In this document: positions 44,814-57,625 of the stretch, one piece after another
Layout: the number at the start of each line of letters is the position of its first letter
Numbering within the stretch: the stretch's first letter is position 1
NCBI GenBank assembly: GCA_026914245.1
Contig: CP110440.1
Location: 682,001 to 746,000 of the forward strand
DNA from: Puccinia triticina
Taxonomy: Eukaryota
Length of the DNA stretch: 64,000 nt
Reading direction: 5' to 3'
Made by a program: the position numbers and the translations under genes
Notes under the pieces: generated by a model
The model's input: only the letters and a program-made list of their open reading frames with translations
Told to the model about the DNA's origin: nothing
Databases searched by the model: none

Positions 44814-45332
44814 CAAGGGTGAAAGCGCTGCGCTTCAAAAAGCGCAGCGCAGCGGTTTTGGTGGCCGCTGCGCTGCGCTGAAAGTATTGACGGACTGTAA
44901 CTGGGTGGGGAGATCGAGCTTACCTGCCACAGATTTGTTCGTTTTATTGTGAGCGGCGAGTCTTTTACCGCTTTTTGGGTCTGGCAAGAAGCGGGAACCC
45001 GCTACTTTCAGCGGTAGCGCAGCGGACCCATTGCTGTGTTACCGCTTTTTGACCTGGCCGCGTAGCGCTCCCCCGCTGCCAGCCAAAAAAAGCGCAGCGC
45101 AGCGCAAAGCGCAGCTGTTTTGGTGGCCGCTGCGCGGCGCTGAAAGGAGCGGCCCCGTCCGCTGCTCTACCACTTTTTGGGTCAGGGAAAAAGCGGGCCC
45201 CCACTATTTTCAGCGGTAGCGCAGCGGGACTGGCGCTGCGCTACCGCTTTTTGGGCTGACCGCGCAGCGGTTCCCCGCTGCACTGCGCTAAAAGACCGCT
45301 TTTTTGTAGTGCAGCGCAGCGTTTCAGCCTTG
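44814..45332. mobile_element. MITE with GCGCAGC subterminal repeats
   Basis: TIR CAAGGGTGAAAGCGCTGCGC / GCGCAGCGTTTCAGCCTTG; 7-bp duplication CCCACAT. Confidence 0.82.
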
Positions 45333-45385
45333 CCCACATCATTCCCCTGGGAAAACAGATGAGCAGGCTTACAATTTGAACCTGC

Positions 45386-46418
45386 TGTTGTAGATATACT
45401 CTTCTAGCTACACCGGTGACTGCGCAGCAGTGCGGTGGTAAGCGCGATGGAAGCGCGGCAAAAGTATATTAAAATAACTTTAAGGTTATATTGAGATAGA
45501 CCCAAAAAGGGGTTTAATGGAGGGGCCAGGAGCGCCTGGGGTATTTAAGTGCCCTCCGTGGATCTTACAGGGCCTGCGCACCAGTTGCGCAGGGGTTTTT
45601 ATAAAAACCTGTGACTTCTGGGGCCCAACTAAGGGTGTGTTTTGAACGTAGAAATGTTCCCAGGACAGGGGATATACTCCCGATAGAGAAAGAAGGGAAC
45701 AGCGGACTTACTCGTGAAGAGGGTCCGCAAAAGAAGACGGCAAACAACTCAACGAACTAAGATCGTAACAATATAGGCAGGCAACCGGTCGGATAGACGG
45801 GGGCGGGGCAGGTATGGCGACGAGGTGGTTGGTATGAATCTGAGGAGGCTTTTACTCGCTCAAAAGCCTCCTTTATATATTCTTGCGGCGACCGGTGGGG
45901 TCGCCTTTCTATTTTCAAATTCCTCGCGGCTTCTTGGCCGCGGGAAAGATTGGTTAGGACAGGAGTGGTAGAGCTTTCTATTGCTCGCATCGCTCCTGTC
46001 CTCGTTACTCAACGGCGAGTATTACTCTTCCTTGGTCCGAGGAAGAGTTCCACTCTTGGTGTCGTTCTATTGGTTGTTCATCTTCGGCCGGTGGAGAAGC
46101 AGTGGTTCACTTCTTTTACTACTCTCCTCCGGCCGTTTCCTGTAGAACGTTCTACCATCTCTTTGTTCTGTTCAGACAAATAGCAAACCCGTTCTCTTGG
46201 CCTGAGAATGGGTTTTTGAACATAGTTTATTTTTCTTCTCCGGCCGCTGCTTGCGGCTGGAGTTTTGACAGTCTCTCATCGTTCTAAGGGAAGACTTTGT
46301 TATATATTCATTTTAGTATGCGCGGCGCTCTGCGCCGCTTTTTAGTGTTCTAATAATGAATATGGTATTTATTTTATGCGCGGCGCTCTGCGCCGCAATA
46401 AATGTGTGCTTCTTAACA
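45386..46418. mobile_element. Probable solo LTR
   Basis: TGTT...AACA termini; TSD CCTGC/CCTGT (4/5); AATAAA near the end. Confidence 0.65.
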
Positions 46419-47029
46419 CCTGTTGTATCTTAAGTTAGCTGGGCTCTAACTTAATGTAGTAGCCCGGCTGACAAGTTTGTCAGTCTCATCACTGCTCCTC
46501 CAGTTAGGTTCCCCCACCTCCAGAATTCATCAAGTCCCACTCAAGCAACCCCTTGCAAGGGCAAAAGGGACTTCACGGACTTCAAAAAATCTTGAACCAA
46601 TCTTTTCATCAAGGATTGCTTTGACCATCTCCGCCAAACTCCTCCTCCCGGTACCACCTTGCCCACACCCGGATCAAGAACATCAACCACTTGGAAGTAG
46701 GACACCACAGATATGTAGAGATGGTAGAGAATCATCAACAAGGACTGGCGCAAGATCTGGCTCACCAATCTGAATCTTGCCAGCCCTTCATGGTATGGCT
46801 TACCGTTGATTGCTTCTGGTTTGGCCCTACTGAGTGTTGATGTTGGTTCTTTTTTCATTCTTATTTGCGTTCAACCTCATCAGTAACTCTACTGACAAAC
46901 CTGCACATTTTGTGGACCTCAATCAGACTCCTTCTGATATGGTCGGCTTGAAAGCCAGACAGAGCCAAAAGCTCATGTGGTTCTTACAAATACAAGCTGT
47001 GATTGTTTTGTCCACTACTACAAGCACAC

Positions 47030-47245
47030 CACTGCCAGCATATTTGGCTGGGATGAAGTCATCCCAGTTTAACTGGGATGCAGTCAACCAACTTGAAATG
47101 GGTTGATCTCATCCAATTAAATATAAAACCAAGGGGGGTACCTTGGATTTATATTCCATCAGTTGATATCAACCAAGTTTAAATTGGTTGAGTGCATCCC
47201 AGTTTAACTGGGATAACCTCAACCCAGCCAATTATGCTGGCAGTG
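47030..47245. mobile_element. Palindromic CACTA (CACTG) MITE
   Basis: CACTGCCAGCAT...ATGCTGGCAGTG long TIR; 3-bp TSD CAC. Confidence 0.85.
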
Positions 47246-48590
47246 CACCTCAACCCTCAAATTTGAACTCTCTGCCATCTCTGTCAGCAGGGGTCTCAAA
47301 CTCAAGGCCCAGCTCGACCTGAATGCCTACAGCATCCAAGCCCTCAACCTTTCCATTAAACTATGCTCTGTCCCCTGCCCACCTACAACTTCACAGGCTC
47401 CGGCCAGTACTCCATCCCCACCATCCCTGCACTTGCCTGGTGCATCCCCAACATCAAGGCCATCTTCACCATCCAACTCCAGGCTCCCCGCCGCCTGTCT
47501 CCAAGTCACCCTCACCAACAGAACTGCTCACCGCCCCGCCCTCCCTCTTCTATCTCATTGTAAATAAACTCCAGCAGATGGCCATGAATGAGATGCTGAG
47601 TCTGAATTACCCCCTCATTCAGTCAAACAAACCATCATCACACACTCAAACAAACCATCATCACACCCTCCTGCTTTTGAATACTTCTCTCTCTGTTGTA
47701 TACTCACTCAAAAAAATCTTGATCATCTTAACAGTCTTGCGCCCATGGATCACCAATTTTGCATATTCAGTCTGCCTGATCTCCAGCCCAAGAATCAGTT
47801 GAGCAATCAACAATCTGCGCAACCACACCGGCGGCAAGGGCTTCTTGACCACCCAAGACACCATTGCCTTTATCTCCCAGCTATACTTGCCCTTCAACCA
47901 GTAGCCCGGCACCATTGACTTCCCTTATTACCAGAACTCCTCCTGATGAATCTTAAATGTTTTCTTTTTTATTTTCCCTTTTTTCAATGTTTTATTTTCT
48001 CCCTTTCTTCATTATGTTATCTTTCCTTGTCTCTCCACCAAAAATGCAATGCAGTGTGTGTGCTACCACATTCTGATATATCTTGACCCGGTGGATTCAA
48101 TTGGCTCCGTACTGGATACCCAAGCCATGCCACCCACAAAAGTGGATGCGGCGGACCACCTAAACTGATGGAACTGAGCCACATGAAATCCACTGGTCCA
48201 GAGGTTGTTTCCAGTCGTGGGCCCAACACTTTGGTCGGGATCACGGTTAATCCTCAGGGAGCCCACAAGTCAAGCCATGGTGGACCAGGGGTGGGCCCAA
48301 CCTTTGTGTTGGTATCACAAGGAGTCCTTGGGGGGCCCACAGAGAGCTGAAAAATCTTTTGGAATCCTTGGGGGCATCACAAGGTGCCCTTGTGATGCCC
48401 ACAAGGTGCCCTTGTGATGCCCACAAGGGCATGTGGGCCAAATGTTGCTGGTCCAACCTTGTGCAGGCTTTCACCGTGGGATCCACATGGATTGGCGGTG
48501 GGCCCCACGTGGAGGGACTCCCCGGGTGTATGGTACGGGTGCAGCTAGAAAGAGAGAATTAAGGATAGCAGTAACATAGCTGGGTGGTAA

Positions 48591-48978
48591 CTCAGGGTGT
48601 AAACGGGTTGGGTTTGGGTCAAAAAACAGCCCCCAAACCCGACCCAACATTTAGTGCGGGTCAGGACAGATTTGAAAATATGCTGCCCAAACCCAACCTG
48701 ATATCATACTTTTTTGGGTTGGGTCGGTTTGGGTCTTGGGTTGACCCAAACTATTAGGCGCCAAAACCCCCCAACTTGACTGTTGGAGGCGCTATAGTTG
48801 GGTCGCAGGCTGACCCAATTAGGAAATAGGCTGCCCGGACCCGACCCAATGATTTTACAAGACGGGTCAGGTTGGGTTTGGGTCATGCCATTTTCTTTAA
48901 GAACGTGCCCAAACCCAACCCAAAGCCCAACGGGTCTTGGGTTGGTTTTGGGTTGGCCCAACCCATTTAAACCCTGAG
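48591..48978. mobile_element. hAT-like MITE related to 7359-7748
   Basis: CTCAGGG...CCCTGAG termini, GGGTT/AACCC repeats, flanking TGGTAA duplication. Confidence 0.7.
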
Positions 48979-50106
48979 TGGTAATTGAAACCACTGCATT
49001 ACTGAGATAAACATGGATAACATAATTACCCAGTGTTGGCACATGTTACATGGTGCACACACATTTTACAGGCTGCAAGCACATGTTAAAAAGTGAAAAA
49101 ACATGTTACATGGTGCAGGAGCATTTTACACAGTGTGGAAACATGCTACGCAGTGAAGGAGCATGCTACACAGTATGGGAGCATTTTACACAGCAAGGGC
49201 ACATGTTAAACAGTTCAGGAACGTGTAGAGATGGGCGCTTTGCATCCGGGTACCCGCGCGTGTTTGGATACCTGCGGCTGATTTTAGCCATTTCTTGGCA
49301 TCTGCATCCAACAGCGGGTACCCGCGTTATGGACTCCGGCCGTGCCAGGCGGAGGCAGTCGGGTGAGGGGAAAGTGCTTGAGTGCTGCCCTTGTTGGTGG
49401 TCCTGCAAAAAGTATCGAGAATAGTCAAACAGAAAAGTGATAGCGGTTGGGGAGGGGAAGGGATTTGTATGAGAGGGAACGAGGGGGGTGGAATACCCTC
49501 GGCGGTTTGGTTGGGTAAGAAGCTCAGAAGAAGAAGAAGGAAAGAAAATGGAGGCAAGGCCGGCGCGTTCGTTGGACTATCAGAGGGTGATCAGATGAAG
49601 AAAAACTCAGAGACTCGGGATCTTCACGATCCGGATCAATAAACTCAGAACTCAAAAATATGATGATATTCCTCGTCGTCCAGAGGTGGATACCATGCGG
49701 ATCCTTCCTCCAAAATTGGCTGAACTTGGATTAAAAAGTGGAAACTGAAACAAAACCAAACAAAACAAAAAGAGAAAAGAAGAAAAAGAAAAAAAAAAAG
49801 GAAAAGAGAGGAAGGGGGAAGAATGATAACAGCTGCTTGAAAGGTCTTGAGGGGGTTGCGTGCGCCGCGCCGTCGGATTTAAAGCGTCTTGATGATCCTC
49901 TGGCCCTTTTTCTGGTGTCTTGATCCGGAGTACGCGCCTGAACACCACATCCCCATCCCATTTGCAGTCTGTCCCTAGACTGCGCATCGCCTCGCTGAAA
50001 CCTGCCGCTGGACCGAAAGAGAAAACCAAAGAGTGGCTCACAGAGTGGCATGTAATGCTTTCGACGTGTGTAGAGATGCCCTCGAGATGCATACACATGG
50101 GAGGAC

Positions 50107-53100
50107 TTACTTTTGTCCTTCCATGTCCTCACGAGAGAAATATCTCTTGACTTGATCCGCCGCGAACCGCCTCTTGAGTTCGGTGCCATCCAACTCAGCC
50201 AGGACATAGGAGCCTCCTTCTACTTGGCGAACGACGTGGTAGGGCCCGTTCCATTTGTTCGCGAATAACTGGCCCCACTGCATCTCCAAAGATTGGTTAT
50301 ACGCCATGACCATCTCTCCCTCCTCGAGCGGGTCGCGAAGTCGATCAGCGTGTTTGTCTTCCCAATGCCGGACTGAACCATCCCTTGCTTCCATCATTTT
50401 TTGGTAAGCGACCCCTCGAGTCTCTTCACTGCGTTCTAACTGCAGCGACCTTGCCGCCAGCAGGTCCGTGGTTGTGCGTACCAACTCCCAGTCAACACCC
50501 AGGTAAGATTCCATCTCAAGATCGATTGGAAGCACCGCCCGTTTCCCAAAAACCAGTTCGTAGGGAGAATAACCTGTGGTGCGCTTGGTGGAGATTTGGT
50601 CGGCGAAGAGCACCAAGGGTAGGAACTTACGGCAGTTCTTTCCACTTTCCCCCGCCAGTTTTACCAAAGCCGCTTTCAAAGGAGCATGGCCCCTTTCAAC
50701 CATGCCCTGCCCTTCCGGATAATAGGGAGTTGACACCCGATGTTGGCCAGGAAGACCACGCAACATCTCCGCCAATGCGCCTCTGAATTTGGAACCCCCA
50801 TCTGTCGAGTAAGATTGAGCCGGCCCGTACCGCATTGTCCAATGTTCCTGAAGAAAGGCGGCTACCGCCTCTGAAGTGAGATTGTTCAGGATTTTTGCTT
50901 CTACCCACCCAGAGAAATCGTCACGAGCCACAATGAGATACTTAGCTCCGCTAGCTTTCAGATGCACGGCGTCCATAGCTACCCGTCCGAAAACCGTTGA
51001 TTCACCGGTTGGGTACCGCTGTTCCAAAGGCCTCCGCAGACTGCGCCGCTGACAGGCGTCGCAGCTCTGGCACCACCGTAATACGGTCTTCTTCAACAAT
51101 GGCCACCAAAACCGATTGGCTATCCTCCTATACGTTTCCGTCCCCCCGCGGTGGCCCAAGTCCTCATGCAGCTGCCGCAGAACGTCCTCCTGTTTTGATG
51201 GAATGGTGATGAAAATCCGGGGCAGTGGGCTGCCCCTCTTCATAAGTCGTCCGCTTTGCACAAAGAAATCCGCCGACCTCCGCTTCAACGCACGAAACTC
51301 GACACCGTCCATTCCTTCGGGCTTGAGCAGAGTAGTGAGGAAGAGCTCCATTTGTCGCCAATAACCCTCCTGATAACCAGTGTACTCCTTCTACGTCACA
51401 GAGAAAGCGCGCGCTGGTCGAATCCACGGAGCCTCCTCGTCAAAATCGAATGGGCGGTCCTCCTCATCATCACTTGATGGCCGCCGCGACAACCTGTCCG
51501 GTGTGGTAAGACCAATCAAAACCAAAATCTTTGAAAATAGGTTAAAAATACATTTCACATACATTAAATTTATATACATACCGTCAAAAAGCGTGGAAGA
51601 ATTCAGTTTACAAGTCATAAGGCTATTACATACAAATTACATAAGAACTGTTTATCTTAAAGCGCTCAAAAGCGCTGAACACCCTTGAAAATCACATGTA
51701 CACAATTTTGTTTTCACATGGTGTTTATTTTATCACAAGTTCACTTAAAAACCACTCATATCTTGGCAATCACCTGAATTAGGTCATATTTTCCACAATA
51801 AGAAATTTCCCCACTTTGATCTTCAATCACATGTAGCAAATCACTTCTTAGACATAATTTTCCTTCCCAATTAGTCCAAGCCAAGTAATCATAACCCAAA
51901 GAGGAAAATTGTTTTCATTACATATGTAAATCTTTCCCAACTGGTACATTTATTTCACATTACATTGAACAGCTTTCCTCATTAGTACATTTATTTCACT
52001 ACATTGTAAATCACTCTCAGACGTGATTTTTCCTATAAAAGGAGGCCTCTCTTGCTCCTTCTTGTTTTCTTTCCCCCTCATGCTTGCATTAGTGAATGAA
52101 AATTGATATCATTCAGCAGACATCACTTCAAAAATTGCCCCCTTCCAACATTGTCTTATAAAATTGCCCCCTTATCAAATATTGCCTCAACTTCTCACTT
52201 GACTCAAAAATCTGACTTATTAATTTAAGTTCAGGAATCTCCCAGAGTACTCATCACGCCAAACTCTTCTAAATTATAACATTACATCAAAATTACAAGG
52301 TTTATAAATAGCAACAAGATTTAAATAGCTAAATTCAGGAAGATTGCGCCACACTAAATTAATAGTGTATCTCCTAGAGCTTAATTACAGGAGGGCAGCC
52401 CTTCAAGCACCCGTGTATTTTGTCTTTTCCTGTGACATTTTGCATATCCCCTCCAAGCTCTGCTTACACCCTGCGTGAGAGTTCCACACCGGCATGGTGA
52501 AAGATTTTCCCTGGCAATGTCTAATATCAAAAGAGAAGAGCTGTATGAAGGAGACCCACCGTGTCATTGGGGCGTTCGGTAGGCTTGGAGTATTGATCAT
52601 TTGGATTAGCGACTGTGCATCAACCAGCAACTCAAAATGTTGTCCCCATACACAAAGCTCAAGCTTGGCTTGAGAATAACGCGACTCGACCTCCGAGAAC
52701 AACAAAGACCCGTAAAGCGCAGGGCGGTCCAGCCCATTTGAAACCTCCTGAGTGAGAACGGCGCCGGCGGCGTGAAAACTCGAATCGACAGCCAGCTTGA
52801 GCTTGCCGGCGTCCGGACCGTAATCAATCTTCACCAGGACTATGTCCTCCCCGACCAGTTTCTTAAGCTCCTGAAAGGCCCGCTTGCACTCCTCTGTCCA
52901 AACCCACTCTGAGTCCTTGCGAGTAAGCCGACGGAGAGGTAGACAGATCCGAGAAAGAGAGGGTATGAAAATCCTGACATAGACCACGACTCCTAAAAAC
53001 CCGCGCACTTCGGTGGCGTTAACCAGCGTCGGCCAAGAGGTGATCTTGTTCGCTTTGCTGGCGGCCATTTTCCTGCCTTCCTTGCAAACCACATGGCCTA

Positions 53101-55279
53101 CTATCTTCAGCGCTGTAACACAGGCCGCGAGTTTCGTGGCCGACACCGTCAACCCTGATTCCTTGATCCGGAATAAGACTCTATCCAGAACTTCGGCATA
53201 TTCCCATATAAATCTGCGAATACCAGCATGCCAAGGGAGCAGCTCTCCGTCATAGTCCGATTTCGGCCCCTTTATGCCCCCGTCATTGATGAAGATCCCG
53301 ACATGTTCCGGAATTTCGTCTTGTAGTATCCAGACCATCTGGGCCTGATAAACGGCCACAGAATTTGTGGCACCTTGCGGAACACGGGTTAACTGAAATC
53401 GCCCAAGCGGCGTATCAAAGGTCGTTAGAGGCCGGGAGACAGGATCCAAGGCGCGCTCGTCGTAGCCGCCCATGATATCCCCCAACCCATAACACGCGCG
53501 CCCCGAAAACGACTCCACGAACTCTTTGGTTTCTGGCGGCGTGCCCGCATCTCGAATTGTTACCCTGTTGAGTGCTTGAAGATCGTGAACAATTCTAAGC
53601 TTCCCGTTCCCTTTGAGCACACAAAAGACGGGGCTCGAGTAGCTAGAGGTGGATTGCTCGCATAGGCCATTTCGAATTCGTTCCCGGATGATGCGCACAT
53701 ATTCCTCCATCTTAGCAGCAGGGATGGGGATCTTCCGTTGCTGCCAAGGCTCGTGTTCAACCACCGGGATAATATACGGCATCTCGTAGTCGTTCTTCAG
53801 CAGGCCTCGCTCCTCTTCCGTGAACGCAATGGAAAGGTTTCGTTCCACTAACACATTCTTGATTAGGGCCAGCTCATCGGGATACAGCCACCCCTCGGGT
53901 CCGAAGTTAACCACCGAGAGACGCTCTTCTGTCACTCTTCCTTTGGGCACGAAGGGACCGGCCAAGGCGCGAGACAAACCCTGATACAAATCTTGCAAGA
54001 GCGGCGGACGGCGCAGAGGGGGGTTCAGCTCCTGAGGCATGGGCAGATTCATTGGCTTGACTTTCTTGGCGACCAGTTTATACTTGGCTGCCATAGCCAA
54101 GTATTTGCCTTCTCGCCAGGCTCTCGCTAGCACCGCCTGCGCGCCGCACCTAAGTCCCGCTTCCACCAAGAGACTTGTCCGATGCTCCGACCAATCCTCA
54201 AACGCTACTTTATCTGCGAGGGAAAATCCAGACAAAGCTTCTTCGCTCACGAATGTGGCACTAGGCAGGGTTTTCGACGTTTTTGGAGCATCACGCCTCG
54301 GAGGTGCATCATGGTTGGAACTTACTTTCACGCCATGAGCTCTCCACGAAGGCCCAAACACCAAGCTCCCCTCTTCGCAATCCACATGATGTCTGCATAG
54401 TTTTAGCTCGTCTCGGAGCTTCGCGCCGTCGGAGATTCCAAGTCCTAGTAGAAGAGCGCCAAAATCCAGAGAGTGGCTCACCAGAGTGGCACAAGATAGG
54501 GTTTTTGAAACTAAGGCGGCATCACGCCTCGGAGGTGCATATTGGGAGGAACTTACTTTGTTACTCCCAATCCTCCGCGATTGTCCGCATTCCCGAGCAT
54601 CTAAGTTCTTTACAGGAGTTAGTTTAACCTCATCACGGAGGCCGTCGCAAAACGTAAATAGTTTACCCTCATCACGGAGGCCGTCACAAGACGTAAATAG
54701 TTTAGCCTCTTCACGGAGGGGGAGTAGTTTATTCTCTTTGCGGAGACTACCGAGGTTTGGCTCTTGAGCATTCTTCTGAGACGGGAAACGAGAGCTTGTG
54801 AAGGGTTCCCGAGGTGGGGCTGAGGCCTCCGCGAAATGAAACGAAGATAGTTTATTCTCTTCTTGGAGACGCAGAGCAGGATTTACGTGGTCAAAAGTAC
54901 TGGGCAACAAATGGGGCGGCAAGGGATGGCTCACAGCGTGGCATGTAATGCTTTCGACGTGTGTAGATAGCCCAGGAGGTGCACAATGGATGGGACTTAC
55001 TTCTACTCTCCCCATGTCCCGCGAATTCCCTTTTTCCTCCTCACCCGTACCTCTTCTAACGTCCGACTGAAATTGAAAGCTGAAATGGAAGTGCAGGAAA
55101 ATCTTCTTTTTGATATTTTCGATTATCTTGAAATGTTTTTGGGTTTTCTGTTTACGATGATTGGAATTTGAGTCAAAGAAACTTGAAGTCCGGTAATACT
55201 CTGAAAGGAAAGTTGATCCGTCGGCGAGAATGCGAGTATCTAGATTAAGACTGCCGAGAACCGGACCAACGTTGTTCAT
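50107..55279 (-). pseudogene. Gypsy pol: RT-RNaseH-integrase, interrupted by a solo LTR
   Basis: SSPVFCV.K.GKLRIVHDLQALN, PQGATNS, FINDGGI (mutated FIDD), AVDSS (RNase H), HHCC, D-D-E and WNGPY (GPY/F). No chromodomain seen. Confidence 0.92.
51502..52488. mobile_element. Solo LTR inserted at the RNaseH-integrase junction
   Basis: TGTGG...CCACA termini; perfect 4-bp TSD CCGG. Confidence 0.9.
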
Positions 55280-55285
55280 AAAAAA
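55212..55285 (-). promoter_or_regulatory. Putative -1 ribosomal frameshift signal
   Basis: T_TTT_TTA heptamer in the gag-PR frame just before TGA, 8-nt spacer, stem GTTGGTCCG/CGGATCAAC plus TCGGC/GCCGA. The pol ORF is in the -1 frame. Confidence 0.7.
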
Positions 55286-57625
55286 GGACGTTCCTCCACA
55301 ATTTCGTCAAAGAATCGCGCCGAGTGACTCAGCACGCCCTTGCGACCGTGCCCCGGGAAATCACGCTCCCAGCGTCCCGTTCCCGTTGCACACAGAGAAA
55401 CCTCAATGTTTCTTCCTGTCGCATCCGGAATGATGAGCCTCTCGCCAGTCTGAGAAGAGAACGCCAGCGTCGCCGCCACATCCATCAAGAAGGGCCGGCC
55501 TAAGATCAACGGACCGTCCATCTTCGTAATCCAAAAATGACAGGTCTTGACCAGTGACTTTCCAATTCGGATTTGCACGTCCTCAGCGACGCCCATCAGT
55601 TCGCAAGCCTGATTATTAATACCTTAGACTGCTGATGTGAAATTCACTCTGGGGCTTAGATTAAATTGATTGGCCATCGTGTTGGAGATTAAATTCAGCT
55701 GAGAGCCCGAGTCGACTAACGGGGTGGCCGCAGTTTCGTCGTCGCCGATGAGACATGGAAGATAACCCAGTGGACATGAGTAGAGGTTGGGTTCAAATCC
55801 CAAATCCCTGTCGGATACTTCCGCCAACGTTTCGGAGTTCACTTTCAGTTCGTCATTCCCCACTTCCACTCTTTGTCTTGAAACCCATTTCTTCATGCCT
55901 TCTGCTATTGACAGTGAGATGGCCATGAGTTCAGAGACTGTGATATCGGGTACCGGCAAGACCAAAATTTTCCGTAACACACCATCCACTGCATTAGGAT
56001 GCTCCCGGGAAACCTCCCTCTCGAAACAAACCTTAGGACCCGTGGTTTTCTGGGTTGGAGCCCGCTTGGGGCTCGAGTCTTTTGGTGTCTCTTGAGTATC
56101 GGAATCCTCAGCACCACGCTTGAATAACACCGGCTCCTCATCCATGACAGACACTTCCTCTGGAACCGGGACGACCGACGGACGCCTTGCGGGACGCTTA
56201 GCTGCACTTGACGGGGCGAGAGGGGCTTTGTAAGGCTTTGGGTCCTCGTGCCTCTTTCTTCCCACGGGATCAGCCTCATAGACTCCTGCGAAAGACTGCA
56301 AAGAAGTTTCAGGGGGACGCCAAGGCTGGAGAGACCCGCATCCTGCCTTGAATCCAGGGGTCGGTTCCGTCGCTACCTGTCCGGTAGATGGTTTGCCTGG
56401 TTGAAAAGATGCTACCACGTGTCGTATGGGCCTGCTAGAATCCCAAGGGATCATAGCTCCGTTTGGGAGGAAGAAATTTGTCCCTTGGTGCTCCACGAGG
56501 TTGGCGTCAATATCCTTTTGCAGCTCAAAACAGCGAGCGGTCCCATGGCCCTCCCTCTGACAATAAAAGCACACCATAGGCCCTCGCGGCCCCTGAGATT
56601 TAGACGAAACAGCCGCTAACTTCTGATCCAACTTCTGTTCGAAAGCCTCAAACATTCTGGTAAGGTCGTCCATGGTAGGGACGGGCTTGTCCGCCTGAGG
56701 TACGTCCTTGGTCCGTCAATCGGTTCCCATCTTTTTCATCACTTTGTTCGCTTCTTGGATTGTTGACGATGGTGCTGGCTTGGTGGCTTTTGAATCCTCG
56801 AAAATCAAAGCGGTCTGGCGCTGCATTACTCCGTTAATCACCTTCTTGAGGACCTCAAATTTCGGCAGCTTAAAACGTCTGTCGGCGGTAGTGATCATAG
56901 TGTCGTCTTTGAACAGTTGATCTCTTATTCTTTCCTGAACGCCAACCGAGAATGTCTGGTAGAATTTGTTGCGGATTTCTTCCGCAGATTCGATATGTCC
57001 TTTGGCGACCAGATATGACTGTATAGGCTCCCATTCTTTCCGAAGAGCTTGATAATCCGCGACCGACAATGCCCCACCTCTAGCTAACCAGCCGTCCTTT
57101 AATGATTCGATGTCGCTGGTAGTGAACTTCGCTGCATTGACATCCTCCCAGTATGACAACATAGATGCCTTTAGCTTAGGCCAATCCGGTGGGTCGTAGC
57201 CTTCCAAAGTCTCCAGTACGTCGAGCAAACTGTCGTCCACAAAAAAGAATAACTGCTCGGCCATGTGTTGAGTTGTCTGTTAGTCTGCTACCATGATGTA
57301 TCACCACAGTATGGAGGGCTGTTGGATTGACCCATGAGCACTACCAACCAACCACCCAGCTGGCAGCCACAAGCGTCTGTAGCCTAGTTGGTAAAGGCAG
57401 CACTCTAGTATGTGTCTCAGCATAGCTGAGGTCGTGAGTTCGACTCTCACCAGACACATCTTCATTTTACAGTCTCTACACCATGTCCTGGCCAGACGCT
57501 TTATCCAAGCGTGCGGCAACCTGATATTGACTGAGAAACCGCACCACGTTGGTGCCATTGAACTTCAGACTCTTGCCATGCGGCGGCTTGATCTTGACGG
57601 ATTCGACGACACTGGGTTCGGCCAT
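55276..57625 (-). pseudogene. Gypsy gag-protease (CCHC knuckle, aspartic protease)
   Basis: CFYCQREGHGTARC, LVDSGSQLNLI and LILGRPFL; stops at 56716 and 55624; 215-bp insertion near the 5' end. Confidence 0.9.
57266..57480. mobile_element. 215-bp mini solo LTR containing a tRNA-like sequence
   Basis: TGTTGAG...CTCTACA termini; perfect 5-bp TSD CCATG; A box TAGCCTAGTTGG and B box GAGTTCGACTC. Confidence 0.85.

Noticed and set aside
45292..45311. CACTA terminus (TTTTTGTAGTG)
   Set aside because: No matching left CACTAC end found; the outer CAAGG TIRs with TSD define the element better.
46424..46490. LTR end with self-priming (Tf1-like) PBS, CTGACA-AGTT-TGTCAG
   Set aside because: The LTR start and downstream ORF are too decayed to test.
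52403..52488. C-terminus of the 958-aa ORF as a real pol sequence
   Set aside because: Read-through into the inserted solo LTR; pol resumes at 51501.
57373..57458. Amber-suppressor (CTA) or Leu(TAG) tRNA
   Set aside because: The anticodon arm cannot be folded canonically; identity is ambiguous and the sequence is within a mobile repeat.
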